64,000 bases of DNA, taken from NCBI GenBank assembly GCA_003344405.1, contig NOWV01000233.1:1-64000 (forward strand). The letters are read 5' to 3'. A program made the position numbers and the translations under genes. Below the pieces are notes generated by a model that saw only the letters and a program-made list of their open reading frames with translations, made no database searches and was not told the origin of the DNA. Numbering within the stretch: the stretch's first letter is position 1; every line of letters starts with the position of its first letter. The stretch comes from Trichoplax sp. H2. Its lineage: Eukaryota. This document shows, in pieces, positions 1 to 20,679 of the stretch.

Positions 1-41
1 GCGAAAGGATGGAGAACGAATGAGCAAGCGAAAGACGACGT

Positions 42-6543
<6,502 letters not shown>

Positions 6544-8644
6544 AATCTTTGAACTATGAGTATATTAATATATCATTATCAATGTTGCTGATTCAAAAAT
6601 TATCAGACTATATCGCAATCCCAATATGATATTCTAACTTGATGTTACTTGGATAATTTTTTTCAACGGAGCACCACTGGTGCGAACGTTCAGTATATGA
6701 TATTACAACTAGTATCATAATTCCAACTGTTTTATATTCGCACACTAAGGTTCATCTTTTATAATTTCTTTTTGTATAATATTAAGCGAGAAATTGTTGT
6801 TTCATAGGCTATTTTTATTATTTTTGTTAAGGATATGGTTAGGTATTGCAATATCTCAATTTCAGTGCGTATAGGAACCGGTTATCCAATCTATAGGATA
6901 AAATTTACTAGCTATGTATTTCTGATGTGTTACTAGATATATCGTATCAAATTATTTTATTCCAATATCGGAACTAAGAAATAAAATTAAGAAATATCAC
7001 TCATTTTATTATTCCTGTTTAGCTAAATATTCTTTCCAAGTAACTAATTATCACCCATGCATTGCTAGAAAAACCGCAACCAAGATATGACCCATTATGC
7101 AGATAATATCGAGTTACTGCATAGTAAGTTGAGTACACGCTAATAACTATTTGAAACTGTACTTCCGTATTAAGAAGATAATTACTGCATGAAAAAGTAA
7201 CAAGTGTAAACAATTCGTTAACGACGAAATAATGTCATTGAAAAAAAAACGAGTGATCTAATTCAGAATGCAGCTTGCATATCAAAATAATCCTTTTAAG
7301 TAGAATATGATATGCACAAATACTAATTTTAACATAATACAATATGTTATATATGTTATAATTACCAGACGTACATCAACCATTAAATACCTCGGGTCAT
7401 AACTTCAATGCAGTGAAGTGTCTCAAAATCAGCACCACGAGAACTACGATTTCTTGTTATCTTCACTTCAATCACATGCATTATTTTGTATTAAGGAATA
7501 TCTGCACCTGTATCTCTGCAGCAACGAAAGAAGCTACCGTTTGCATAATAGAGTGTATAAGAACTAGCTCATAGGTTAAAGGAAATAAAGTAATAATATT
7601 ATGAAGCTGTTCGTTAGTAGTATTTGACTGAAAAATCGCGATCACGGTAACAGTTCCATGTCATGCTAGAAAGTTATTTATATGCACAGTAGTGTGATAA
7701 TCTAGCTGTGAATTTTGTTTTACTGGAATATTTTGTGTAAAGCACATTCCTATTAATTTGAGCAGGTATTCAACTAGCGTAAATTTGTAAAAGCATGAGT
7801 GAATGCAGTGCGGAAATTATAACGAGTTTGAGTATTTCATAATTATACCTCATGAACAAGCTTTCTATCCATAAGCCACAAGCACGATCTACTTATTTTG
7901 GGGTACAAGTAATCATCTATTAACCTTTGAACATAATATTTCAATAGATTGTTATAATACATACTGCTATCGTCTTTTGCAAATTGCATTTAATTAGATA
8001 CTTATTATAATTTCGCAATCCGAATACAAGTTAAACTATTCTCGTGCATTCTTACTATTTTAATCTTAGCTATATATGGACCATATCACACCTACAAATA
8101 TGATCCTATTTAGAATTGTACTACAGTAATCATCGATTTATTAATTGATACCAATAATCAGATAAGGTAGAAAGGCAAACCTAGGCTCTGTTACAAATCT
8201 ATTTTTGTAAGGAGTGAAAATAAATATTAATACTACTACAGCGAATCAACACCACAAATCTGCTGTCATTTTTGTCTTCCGATATTTACTTACTTATAGT
8301 AGCACTCTAAACGCAGACAATCTGCTATCATCAGGAGGAAGAGATGCACTAGTAGTCTTTCTTAGACAAAACTGAACGTAAACTTTACAGAAAGTCTGAT
8401 TAGTTAGTTTATACTAAAGCCGCATAAATATTAGTTATCAGTACGTAGATAATATTATTATTATATTCACTTATCGACTGAAAAACATAAAAAATATCTT
8501 AGGTAAATTAATATTGGTACATTTCTAGATAAGTAATATTAAGGAAAGAATGCTGCGGCAGCTATGTAAAAGTTGCTTTGAAACAGGTTCTAGCAATTAT
8601 GCTGATGCTATTAGGTTTTTCAGCATCTATTCTTTAACGTTATT

Positions 8645-11600
8645 CTAAGCTTCAGCTAACGCCAAAATTTTATCTATCCGCGCTGCATTGATTGGAATTG
8701 CCTAAATAATTCTTCCCTCTCCAACTTTGCACGCTGTTATGGCTGCGTCAGTACCTTCATTTTTATCTAATACACAAGACAAATATCAACAAAATTAACT
8801 GAATTAATAATATAATCAATGGGTAATTAAAAGCTAAGTAATAGTATTCGTATTTAAATATTGTTACGTTGTGCATGATGAAGATTACCGTATAGAGTTT
8901 GCACTTTGACAGATAGAAATAGTCATTCCTGTGCTTATTCTAGGCAGTCTTTAATTAATTCTAATTCTCAACTAACCTTCTTTGCTTTAGAGTCTACACG
9001 AGAAAGTAGTAAAGTATCCCAGGCTTTGGAATATTCTCCGGTAAGAGGGCTACCGCCATCCAAAGGAACTTTTTCGCCTTCATTCCAAAATTTTTGACGT
9101 AGCCTGTCCGGCATTAATTCATCAACATCGAGTGCAAGATCAACCTAAAAAGCATTACAAATTATTCAAACGGTCTCTTCATCTATTATTACAAAGTTCA
9201 TAACGTTATTGCTTGCACCTGCATCTTTAAATGCTTAAATGTAGCTTGATTTCGAATTTTTTTTATATCATCAACTGCCAAACCGGTCTATTTTATGAAA
9301 TAAACCAGAAAATACTCTTATTTACACAGATCAATTAATTTCGAGCTCAATTATGTGCAAAATCAACATGTGCTTAATGAAGTATGGGTATTTGGCTTCA
9401 ATAGAAAATATAGCCGATAAATTCCTTACCAACAGATTGACCAGCAAGATACGTATGAAAATGATAAAAATGGCATAAAGAATAATCGTTGCTGCTTTAT
9501 GGAGAATTGGAACGTTATCATTAAAAAATATATTTCTGAAGTCTACTGAATCAATAGTCATGATAGCTGTCGAACTCCAGGCTGCTTCAGCAGAGCTGAA
9601 CTGTTTCTAAGGAAAATATTCAATGTTACATATTTTTGTATTACCAAATCTATGTTTAAAGGGATATTATTATGCCTCTATTCTGTCGTTAGATATTTCA
9701 AAATTATTCACGAACAAACTACTCACATGATTTTGTAATAATAAGAAAAATGAAATTCCAAACCCAGTCATAATCAGCAAAAAAATGATAATTGATTCAG
9801 CGAAGGTTATGCATAGATCTATAAACATGAGAACATAAATTCCAAATCTGGGAAATATTCTAGCGAATAATGCTAGATTAAACCATGACAAAAAAACGGA
9901 GACTGCTCCAATTTGTGATAGCGAATTACTGTTGAAGTAATTAACAGGCAGAGTAAATATAAGAGTCATAATATAACAAATAATTTCCAACAGATTTTCC
10001 ACAGTGACGTAGTCGCGTCTTTGATACAAGAATTGAAAGAGCTGTAATAAAACAGGTAAAAGCAACGGTAAATGGATATTGCGGTTCTTATGTACGCTTG
10101 TAATGATTATTATAACATGGTTACATGGAATGTGACCATTTATACTTTCCAGAAAAATTATCTAAGAAGTATTTTTACCTCAAATGCTAGGCGAACAGCG
10201 GCAAGTATCGAAACGATTACCGAACTAGCACAAATGAAATAAATTTTAGAATAATCTATTTGATTTGTTGTATTGCTCGAAAGAAGATTAGCTGCATTAT
10301 TTTCATTCGTCGAATTAACTTGCATTGTCAGAAAGCATAAATGACGGGTACCACGCGGATTCTCAATAGCGAATGCGGTTAAAAAAATCAAATAAAATAC
10401 ATATAGGATTAAATTGGTGTAGTAGATATATCGTCCAGATTGCTTCCATTTAAAGCTTAAGAAGTTCTTAACCAAAGGATGAGCTAGTAAGGATTCCCGT
10501 TTACTCTTAACCTATTCATGTACCATATCAAATTAAGTAATGTTAATTCTGCGCACTAATACAGATATATAGCACTCACTGATGTAGTAAAATTATAATA
10601 TTATACATTTATCATTTCTATTTTACTAGTGCATTCCGTATTTTTTATCGTATTGCAAGAGTATAGCTTGCTAAAGTTTGAAATTCTAATTTTTCTGCTC
10701 TTAATTAGAATTTTAGTTGGCCTTACTCATAATAATCGAGATCGGATTTAACCCGATCAAATACTCGTATAGTTGATGCAAGTAATCTTTATGTTTTAAC
10801 TATGCTCAAAAAAAATGATGCAAAATTAAGCATGAGCGCTGTAATTCAGCTTAAAGTAAACGAAATACTATTCTATACCATAATCATTTAAGGATAATTT
10901 GCTGTAGACCATCTCTGTCTGCTATTTGGTCGTTTCATACAGTGAATGAAAATACCATTAGCGTTATTGTAACACGGATCCTCAGTACTTTCGGCCTGAA
11001 AAGACTTAAACCAATTGGTAAGGGTGTCGTCTAAGAATTCATATCGAAAGCTAATTGCGTAGTTTGAATCTCCAGTAGACTCCTTAGTTATGCATTTATT
11101 GAATGCTATTTCAGCCACATCTAATGCATGATAATTGACGGCAATTTAGAATGCAAAATTACTTTACATTTAACATAAATATTTTATCTTGCATATAACT
11201 GACGAAAATTGCAAAAATTTGGCAAAGTTTTAAATTATGTATTGCAAACTATGCTCTACTTTAAAGAAAATTTCGACCGCAAATCACGTAATATTTGACC
11301 GAAATATTCTATCTAGCTTATAATTAAAATAATTGAAAAATTGAGTATAATTTAAAATTACTTAAGCTTTCTAAACTATGCTCTAAAGATCGTAGAGGTC
11401 ATTACTACGAAACTGTTTGAGAAATATCAAGTAATATGACGAAAAATTCTTACCTGGTAACTTACGTATTAATTTACGTAGCGGAGTATCAATATTGCCT
11501 GTAGCAGATACGGTAGGATTTCTAAGAAGCTCTTTCCACTTTTCATGGTTAATTATAGCCATACTCGTTTCACTATCATTAAGACGAAAATGGAAGTGTA

Positions 11601-14600
11601 ACTTCTACTTCAAAAATTGATCTTATCATTGTAGACTAGTATTAAGCAAGATCAGACGAAATTGTTAAGTAGATTTACCGATGGCCTTCATCTATAGCCA
11701 TATCCAAGCAATTCCTCCCAGTCGTATCAGTTAAAGTGGCATCAGCTCCCTTCTGAAGTAACAGCTGCACACAACTTGTATGGCCATTCTGAGCTGCTAA
11801 ATGCAACGGAGTGGTCTACAACATTATATAGGGAAATAAAAAATTATTTTAAATTTTATAGATATTTGAACAATGTACAATAGCAATTAACCTTTCCGTA
11901 TTTAAATGTTTCAAATAAGGCTAATACATAACAGAAATAATTCAATTGGAAATGACTAGATATAGCTGAAAGTCTTTCTATCAAATCAATAATTCGACGT
12001 ATTACTGAAAGTATCAGGATCTATATTACCTAACCGTATTTGAACGATTAAAATTTAATTAATGTACAACGAGGAATTAATGGACTGATATTCATAGTTG
12101 CTAAAAACAACAGAAAATCTTTTGTAAATATATTAGTTTATGTATTAATTGAATAGATAAAGACCAATAATCTCATCGTGTTTAATTATACGTCAATTTT
12201 AATTAATAGAATCCGAAAAATTAATTGCTTATACTTGATACAAAGCAAAATTCTCTGTAATATTGCAGTAGATTTAACGTTACTATTTATTGCGATAGTC
12301 AACTGAAGTAGCGCGTAATTACTCATTGATAAAGGATATAATGTATATTGACAAATTGCTGTTGACTGTTTTCTGAAAACAACGCCAAGTAATATTATAC
12401 CTTGCACGATATGGCGAGCTTGGTAAATTAAACAAACGATATAATGTTCATTGTAAGAAATATTAGTTATTATAAGTATCAAGTGATACATAGACATTAT
12501 TGACTAAATGTATAATAATCGGTAGCCTATTTATAGATGTTATTTTAAATTCAACCTGTAATTATTAAGAAATTGTCTTACTTTGATATTTACTTTATGA
12601 TCATGGTTTGGATCTATAGGGGAATCCGCAGCAAGCAATAATTCTATCGCTTTAGACCTGCCATTTGCGGCTGCGCAAGCTAAAGGTGTCTTTCCATCAA
12701 TATTTCTAGGATTATAAATTTTTATTTAATTCGAGTACTTTTGAAATTTATTATGTCTATGATACATTATTATTATCTGAGTTAGCTAGTATTAAGTGAG
12801 ATTTCTGATTCACTCAATTAGAGAAGTATAACAGAAGGCATTCGCTTAAGCACATAGTTACTGCCTACCTAACATCAACGGCAGCGCCATTTCGCAACAA
12901 TACTGAAAGAACTTCAGTATGGCCCGCAATTGCCGCTAAATGTAAAGGAGTATTAGATCGACCATCTCTATCATAGAGGATGGAACGCTTGTGATTCACT
13001 AAGATTCTAACAGTTCTTTGAATAAGAAAAGATGGGCATATTGTGTAAGTTTTACCACTTTCTACTCCCTTTCTGTTCTATTTTATATTAGTACTTCCAT
13101 TTACAATAAAATATGAACATGCCTCAGCCGTAATATATGCCTTGATAAATAATGTAATCGAATTATTCGTAACATGTGACCAAAAGATCGCATAAAACTT
13201 AAAAAGAATATTAAAAAATTCTGTAGCTTTGCTAACTTTGTTCTTCCTTTGCTTGCGGCTAAATGAAGAGGTGTCATCTCATTTCCATTTCTGGCATTAA
13301 TTTGAGCATCATAAGATAATAAAACCTATAATAAATTTTGTTTTTTGAATATTATTCTTGTCAGCGTCATTTTCATCATGATATTACGTTTAAAATTATT
13401 ATTAATTGAACAATATATCAATACAAAAGGCATATAAAACAAGCAATGTATGGTATAACCTACCTTAACACATTCAGCGTAACCTTCTTGACATGCAATA
13501 TGCAAAGGGTAGTTATTATTGTCATCAGATGTGTCAAGTAACGCTCTAGCCGTTTCAGTATTTTCTTTAAGTAGATGCTAAATTTGCAAAATTAATAGAT
13601 TATCTCAGCTCTTTGCGTTATAGATTCATACACTTTAGTATTGAAATTGGAGATTTTTGAAATGGTTATAAATTAAAAAGATATAATAAAATCATAATCG
13701 AGCTTACTTTCAAGATATTTGATCGATTTTTTTGGGTAGCCCAATAAACTGAATTTCTTTCACGATAATCTGTTGCTAAAATATTAGCCCTATTATTTAA
13801 CAGTGCTTTGATGGCTTCAACGTGACTACGAACAGTCGCGCATAGAAGAGGCGTACAATACTGTTGATCTGTGGCCTCGATATTAGCTTGTCTATTGAAT
13901 AAAAAAAATTAAATTTACTCGTTCAGTAGTAACCTCAACTGCAGCTGCAGGCATAATACGAAATGCCATAGAAAATTTTATAATTCATAAAGTAGACAAA
14001 GAAAATCAATATTACTTTTGGATTAAATATTTAATAATTTCAAGTTTATTGTAGCTAGCAGCACGATGAAGAGGTGTTTGCAGTTTTATAGTCTTGGCGT
14101 TAACTTTTGCACCATTATTTATTAGTAGCATTACAATCTCTTTATTTCTAGCGGCTGCTAAATGTAACGGTGTTACACCATTAGATGCCTCTGCATTGAC
14201 ATTCGCGCCTAATAAAAAGATACATAAGAATGTAAAATATTATAAATAGGCAAAAATTTATATAAAATGAAAGCAGGCTTCATGCTAACTGTAAAGATAG
14301 TATTGTAATTAGTTTCTTTCACCCTCTTCAAGTAAGAACTCTACCACTTTAGTGTGTCTGTTGTCGGCAGCATAATGTAAAGGTGTATACTTTTTATTAT
14401 CCGTGGCATTGAGGATTTCCAATAAAGTATGGCCACAACTCTGGCTAGTTCTTATGAACTTAGCTAACTCTTTTACAGTCTGAAAATATGGTAAGTAATG
14501 CAAAATGTGTTTATTAAATTTTATCATTTCATAAGAGTTAGTATTGCATACTATTGGCTAGACTGTCAAACATTTGAAGGCGTCAGTTTGTTAGGAAACT

Positions 14601-17600
14601 AATTGTGACAGGTATTACTTATTGTTGCTGCTTACATTTAGATGGCCTTCTATGCAAGCAATATGCATTGGTGTAAGTTGATCGTCGTCTCTACACAGAA
14701 TATCTCCTAACCGCTTGAGCAACATTTCTGTAACTTCCAGGTGTGCTTTACTTATAGCCAGATGCAATGACTTTATAAGTTGACTACGTTCGAACTAGAC
14801 AAAGTTGATAGTACAAGACTTATCAATTAATTTGCATAAAGATTCAATTAAAAAATTTTATAATTTTTATAAATAATTTTAGACCTAGACAAGTGTATGA
14901 TTGCGGGTTTTATAAAATAAGGTGAGAAAGTTACAATCAGAAAAAGGAATCAACTTTATGCGAAACTATTCTCAAAATGTACAGTATAAATGCACATAAA
15001 CTTAATGATCTATCTAAAGCTAACAAACAGATAGACTAAGATATATACAGTAACTCATCACACCTTATTTCGGTGATCTTCTTGAGATAATAAATAATTA
15101 CAGACATGTTGATTGCCTCTTTCTGCCGCATAATTCATCGGCGTAAAGCCGTACTTATCGCACATGTTGATATCTTCCCACTTTTTAAAGATACATAGAA
15201 TATCGGCGCTACATGCTGTAGGATCATTAACTTTATCATCAGATGATTTCTCTAAAAGTACAACATATTTGCTATCGTATGAAGTTGACTTCCGATATTT
15301 AACAAGCATAAGCATTAAGACAAGATGGATAATCATATTATAGTAGTTAAACCTTTATAAAGCAATAACTGGGAAAAAGTAACAATAACTTCTACTTAAT
15401 CACGTCCGGCAGTTTTTTATTTGAGATTTTAGCATTCATCACCTTCTTTTTGAATCGATTGGTCTTCGGTCCTTGTAGGCCTATAAAATTTGGCGGCATA
15501 ATGTAATGGCGTTGCCTCATCTTTATCTTTGACGAATACGTCTGTAAAACATTGCATACAAATAATGCAGTTAGGATTTTAAGATATACGTATACTAACA
15601 TTATGGTATTGCGCAGCATTAAAACTAAATTAAATACTAGATCAAATAAAGTAATTTAGTTAATGTATGAGATTATACTGTAGTAAAGTACTAAATTTAA
15701 GGTACAGAGCAGCGATGAGCACTGTTGGAACTGAACGACCTACTTGAACGAACAAAGAGTACTCTAGTTAATATATGAAAATATAGCGTTGTGAAGTACT
15801 AACATTACGATACTAAGCAGCTACTCGTCGAATTGGAACTAAATTACCTATACGATCGAATAAGTGCTCTAGTTAATGTATCAGAATATACCATAGTACA
15901 ATACCACTAACTGCACGGTACTGAACAGTCGTGAGCAGAATTTAAACTAATTTACCTACTCGGTCAAAAAAAATGTTCTAGTTAATATATGAAAAATATA
16001 CAGTACAAACAGTTAAATGAGATAAATATACTTTTTATGATATTCTAATGCGTTTTAAACTTTATAATAATTCAATTTTGACCTATAAATAATCATGCAA
16101 AATTGAATTATTTTCTATATGTCTGGATAATGATAAATAATTGTAGGTAGTTTTCATTCTGCTCGCCGTAAACTTACTTGCTCCATTATCAACCAAGATT
16201 TTAAAGCATTCCTTTTTATTATATTGCATCGCGTAGTGAATAGGGCAAACTCCCTTCTTATCTCGTTGATTAATATAATCATTTTTCTTCATTTCATCCA
16301 AGCCTCTAGTTTCCGTGGTGATTAAGTATTCGATATCTTGTTTCAATCCTTTCCGTGCAGCCTATTAATATGTACGTATAAAGCTCAATGGAAGTTGACT
16401 TGTTAATAGTAAAAGCTCTATTTTAGCTTCATGGCCACTATTACGAAGTCGAAAGTTTATAATTAATGTAGTATATTGAATTTGGTGCTATAATTTGTAA
16501 AGTCACTATGCTTATTTAATGATAAAGTGTAGATATATATTTTCAGTGTGAAACTATAATATTTAAGATTACTTAGGCTTAGTTATTACAGCCAACGAAG
16601 TCCGTTCTTGTCTTATCATATTCAATATAAGCAGGGTTATCGCTTTTAGTGGTGTGATAAATTACCCGTTATCAATGCTCATGGTATGCTATTTTAAAAT
16701 GTTCTTACTAACATTCTCTATTTATAACGGTACTGGTATCTATAATAAAGTTCAGTTCAGCACTCAACTATAACGAACTCTTGTAACGTAAAAGATAGTA
16801 TTACCAAAGTAAAGTCGTAATAGCCACCTTCTCTGATACTGTGCAAATTTTAACAATCATAAATAACACCAAGATGAAATAGAGCTAAATAGTGCTAACC
16901 ATAACAAAATCGGTACCTCATTACTTCATTGAGTTAAGAAGGAAATGATACAATTAATCTTTTAAAACTGTGACTGAAAATTACAACAAATACTTAGTGA
17001 TTGCTGTTCAAATCTCGTTATTTTTCTAAGTATGCTTCTACTATTCCGTAACGTAAAATGAGATAAAGATTAGAGTTACGATAAAGTTCTTAGCATCTTG
17101 GTTAATACTAGCGTTTTGATACAAACACTACAATGGAAGAACAACAAGATATTCACTACAGAAATGTAAATTGCTGTACTAAATTACCTTAAAAATTTAT
17201 ACTGAAGTCTTATATTCTGATTTAAACATACACTAGCGGTTATCATATCAAACTAGTAAATTACCCGTTACAATGAACGGGAACGTATTTTAACATTCGG
17301 TACAGTATTTTATATAAGATATACTTTTTTTACAACATTTTCTACCAGATGTATTATTGAGCTTCGAATTGAAAGTACATTATATAGTTCACTAAATTAA
17401 GTAATACCCCTAGAATGTTTTCACTGATAAAAGAAATGATTAACTCGGATTGATGATATACTGTATTCGTATCATCCGAAATTATTGATATCACAATCGC
17501 ATTATGTCAGCTACAATATAGAATCTATTCAATTAAATTCGTAATATCATTTCGTTAGCTTACTTCATGTAATGTTTTGGATGCACAATATGTATTCTCT

Positions 17601-17812
17601 GTCGATGAAGGCATGCTTGTTTCAGTATAAGCTGTTACGTCAACTTGCACTTGGGATTCTTCTGTCGGAGACGAATTCATGTTGTTTGACTGGGTAGAAG
17701 GATTACTTTCAGGACTGAGATTGTAGAAAGAATAATTTTTAGGGTCAAATGGAAATAGCAACACAATTATGTGGCAGACCGAATTCGAAATTTTGTTACT
17801 ATCCTTAATCAT
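8645..17812 (-). pseudogene. TRPA1-like ankyrin-repeat cation channel, copy A, with premature stop (pseudogene or truncated ankyrin-only product)
   Basis: About 20 exons collinear with the paralogue at 24910-34848: ankyrin repeats (TPLHYAA, TPLHLAA, TPLHRAA), LLAHPLV..KW, S4-S5 WFNLALFARIFPRFGIYVLMF, TRP-like GLAVDDI. In-frame TAA at 10888-10890 (NYP*MIM versus paralogue NHPLMIM). Last exon has TAA at 8737-8739 and an apparent frameshift. 5' end uncertain (ATG at 17812 or 17680, or acceptor near 17714). Confidence 0.85.
15657..16010. repeat. Degenerate ~105-110 bp tandem repeat, ~3.3 copies, in a TRPA copy A intron
   Basis: tagttaat(g/a)tat recurs at ~15657, 15766, 15870, 15979 with intervening (g/a)aact(g/a)a..acctac motifs. 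Confidence 0.75.
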
Positions 17813-18645
17813 GAGGCATTCACTATAATAGCATCGATCCTAAGCGTAATAGGAAGTGGCTATAACTTCTGCATTATTATTATTATTATACTATATGTCA
17901 AGTATTTCGGTCAATGACATTATTGTGTACACCCAAATCAGTTTAAGATGTGACATATATTCACTTGAATAGTAGTTTATCGTAGTGTTAATAATTTGCA
18001 TCATAAGATGCAAATTATTCATAACTTACATTAAATTAAGTAAATTGACGTACGTATTAGTCAAATTGATTTATAACGAGTTACTGATCATACTGTCCTC
18101 TTATAATACCAGCGCATTAATAAGGAACTCTATTTATACTTTAGAACTGAAGTTTGACATTATTTTATCCTAGTAAAGATCGATTCATCTCTAAAAATGA
18201 CAAAAGAACACATCATATAAAGTTGGAAACTATGCAATGCTCACAGAATAGGCTATCAAGCTATTACGTACTTTTAATAATAAAGCTTGTAGTCAAAATG
18301 CTGAAATAGCTTTCTAGTGGGCATAGAACAAGTATAGATCTATAACGTACAAATATATCATTAACTTAAATAAACTTGCATTCTTCCTCACAACTACACT
18401 ACAGCTAAGCTTTGCCTGTTATATTCTGGGAAATTAAATGCTGTCGTTGAGGTTCGGAATCGATAGGAAAGATTGGACGAATTAAATGACTATCAAAAAA
18501 CCTTAATTAATAGTAGTGGAACATCCTTTAAAAAGTAATACCGTCTTCCTTTCATAACTATAACTAAGATCTTTGAATTTAATGAAGAGGACATAATTAG
18601 CATAATTCATTTTAGGCCATAATTTGTAGCCAAATGCGATTAAGA

Positions 18646-19330
18646 TGAGCGTAACATAGTCAAACGCATTTATTAAAAACTTAATTTAGTAAAGACTTTG
18701 TTAGTCCTAGATCCAACTAGATATCTCAGAGATCCTCCGTACTCAATATATAGTAATTTTATGCTTTCCAAATGTCATTTTCTTCTTTGACACGAAACCT
18801 AGCTAGCATACTTTCCAAGTTGCATTCCTTCTCATTATATTTTATCTGTTATTATCATTAAAATTAAGGCCATCAGCCTTATAATTATAAGTATCTGAGC
18901 GCAACATAGTCAAACATATTTATTAAAATCTTATTTTAGTAAGGACTTTACTAGTCCTAGATCCAACAAGATCTCCCAGAGATCCTTAGACTACATTGCA
19001 AACAATGCGCTGTTTGTTGGTATATTCACGTGGTTATGTGGATAATATTTACAATTTTGTTGCAAGCAGTTGAAAAGTGCTTTAACTGTCACATGATAAA
19101 GGTCAAACTTCTATAAATAAATCGCGGCATAGAGCATCTGCTAATTCTCAAAATTCTATCAAACCAATCTTTTTATATGTTTACTCTCCATTCCCTATTC
19201 AGTACTCAATATATAGCAATTCTACGCTTTCCAATTGTTATTTTCTTCTTTAGAACGAAACTTAGCTGGCATACTTTCCAAGTTGCATTCCTTCTCCTTA
19301 TATTTTATCTGTTATTATCATTAGAATTAA
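18646..19330. repeat. ~220 bp direct duplication; second copy contains an extra ~215 bp
   Basis: 18646-18867 matches 18896-18986 joined to 19202-19330 (tgagcg.aacatagtcaaac..tagtcctagatccaac..gagatcct / gtactcaatatatag..catactttccaagttgcattccttctc..ttatcatta). Confidence 0.85.
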
Positions 19331-20679
19331 CCAACTGGTGCAACGATAGTCAGATTTACTAACTTAAATAACTGTTGACATTGGTAAATGAAATCTTGTA
19401 TTAGAAGAATACGGTAACTGATCTACTTTGATGATCCCAATCACGCCATCAATTAAAAATATTCGTGTATGATTAGATGTTACCTATGCCTCATATAGAA
19501 AATTAAATGATGATTTACTGTGTATAAGCGTTAGTAGAAGTCAAAACTGAACTAATTAGAAGTACTAGTAGCTTATTAAGTAGTTGAAAATAGTTTTATC
19601 AATCTTATATAGAGTAAAATCTTTCCGTTACGGTTACCTCTTATCCTTGATTAACGTTTGACTCGCGATAAATTGTAATAAAATGTCATTACTATCCGCT
19701 GAAGTTTGACTAAAGTTGATTATTATTACCGCTGTATTTTCTTAAGATTGATTTTACACTGTCATGCATTTGCCCTCTATTCCAATACTTAATGCTTCCC
19801 GATTAATGCCGACATTGACCTCTCATAAACTTGTTTACGTCTTTCACCTGAAGATTGCCTAATCTATAGATTAGACAAGTAGGTAATAATAATACGTTAT
19901 TATGGAAAGTGTCCACATTTTCCAACTTTACTATAACTTTTGTTTACAAAGGAAAGACAGCGCTACATCCGTCCCTTTATTAGACTAGCAGCAATACAAT
20001 TTATCGTACTATATTATTGAAAGCTATTGTGTTTACCTTCTTCCAGGCGTAACCTTGATATCAATCAAATTGAGTCATTAGCGCCATCTAGCACTAACCC
20101 TAACCCCAACATCCTTTGTCTGAAATTAATTGCCTGGAGGCATGCGAACACACCCTTTAGTTTAAGTAACTGTACTTTACTCTGTCTACTTTGTATACTG
20201 TAAGGTCTAAACCGAAAGAGCGTAAATACTTCTTAATTGATCTGCCCGTTAGCACAAAGTCACTATTCTTAAGCAAGTTCTTATCTAATTTTTGATCGAT
20301 AATAGTACAATTATCAATTTAGTTTTCCATATTTGTATTAGTAATCACATTTTTTAATAATATCATCTAAGTAAAGATGTTAATGTGTTAAATTTTCTAT
20401 TAATTTTGATTCTATATAAATGCTTGCCGAGAAAGACAAGTCAAACACTCGACGAATTCGATGGTTTATCAGGCGAAAAGAAATTATCGTAACAACCGCG
20501 GTTACTAGACTCATTGTTGTTTACATTAGGTTTTTCATTGCAACTTCCGGGTTACACCGCCGACATGGTGACTTCCTAATTAACAGTCTCGACTTTGTAC
20601 TGAACACAGTTAATACCTTTATATAGTACTGTGTGTACTGTAGAAATATTTTCTTTACTCCAAAAATAATCCTACTAAT

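Noticed and set aside
10888..10890. Selenocysteine or programmed readthrough at the TRPA copy A stop
   Set aside because: The codon is TAA at a Leu position, and further lesions exist in the last exon.
12186..12497. Short track ORFs inside introns or antisense to exons (also 3690-3890, 25371-25559, 29880-30122, 42150-43024, 53383-53571)
   Set aside because: Compositionally biased chance frames or shadows of real exons.
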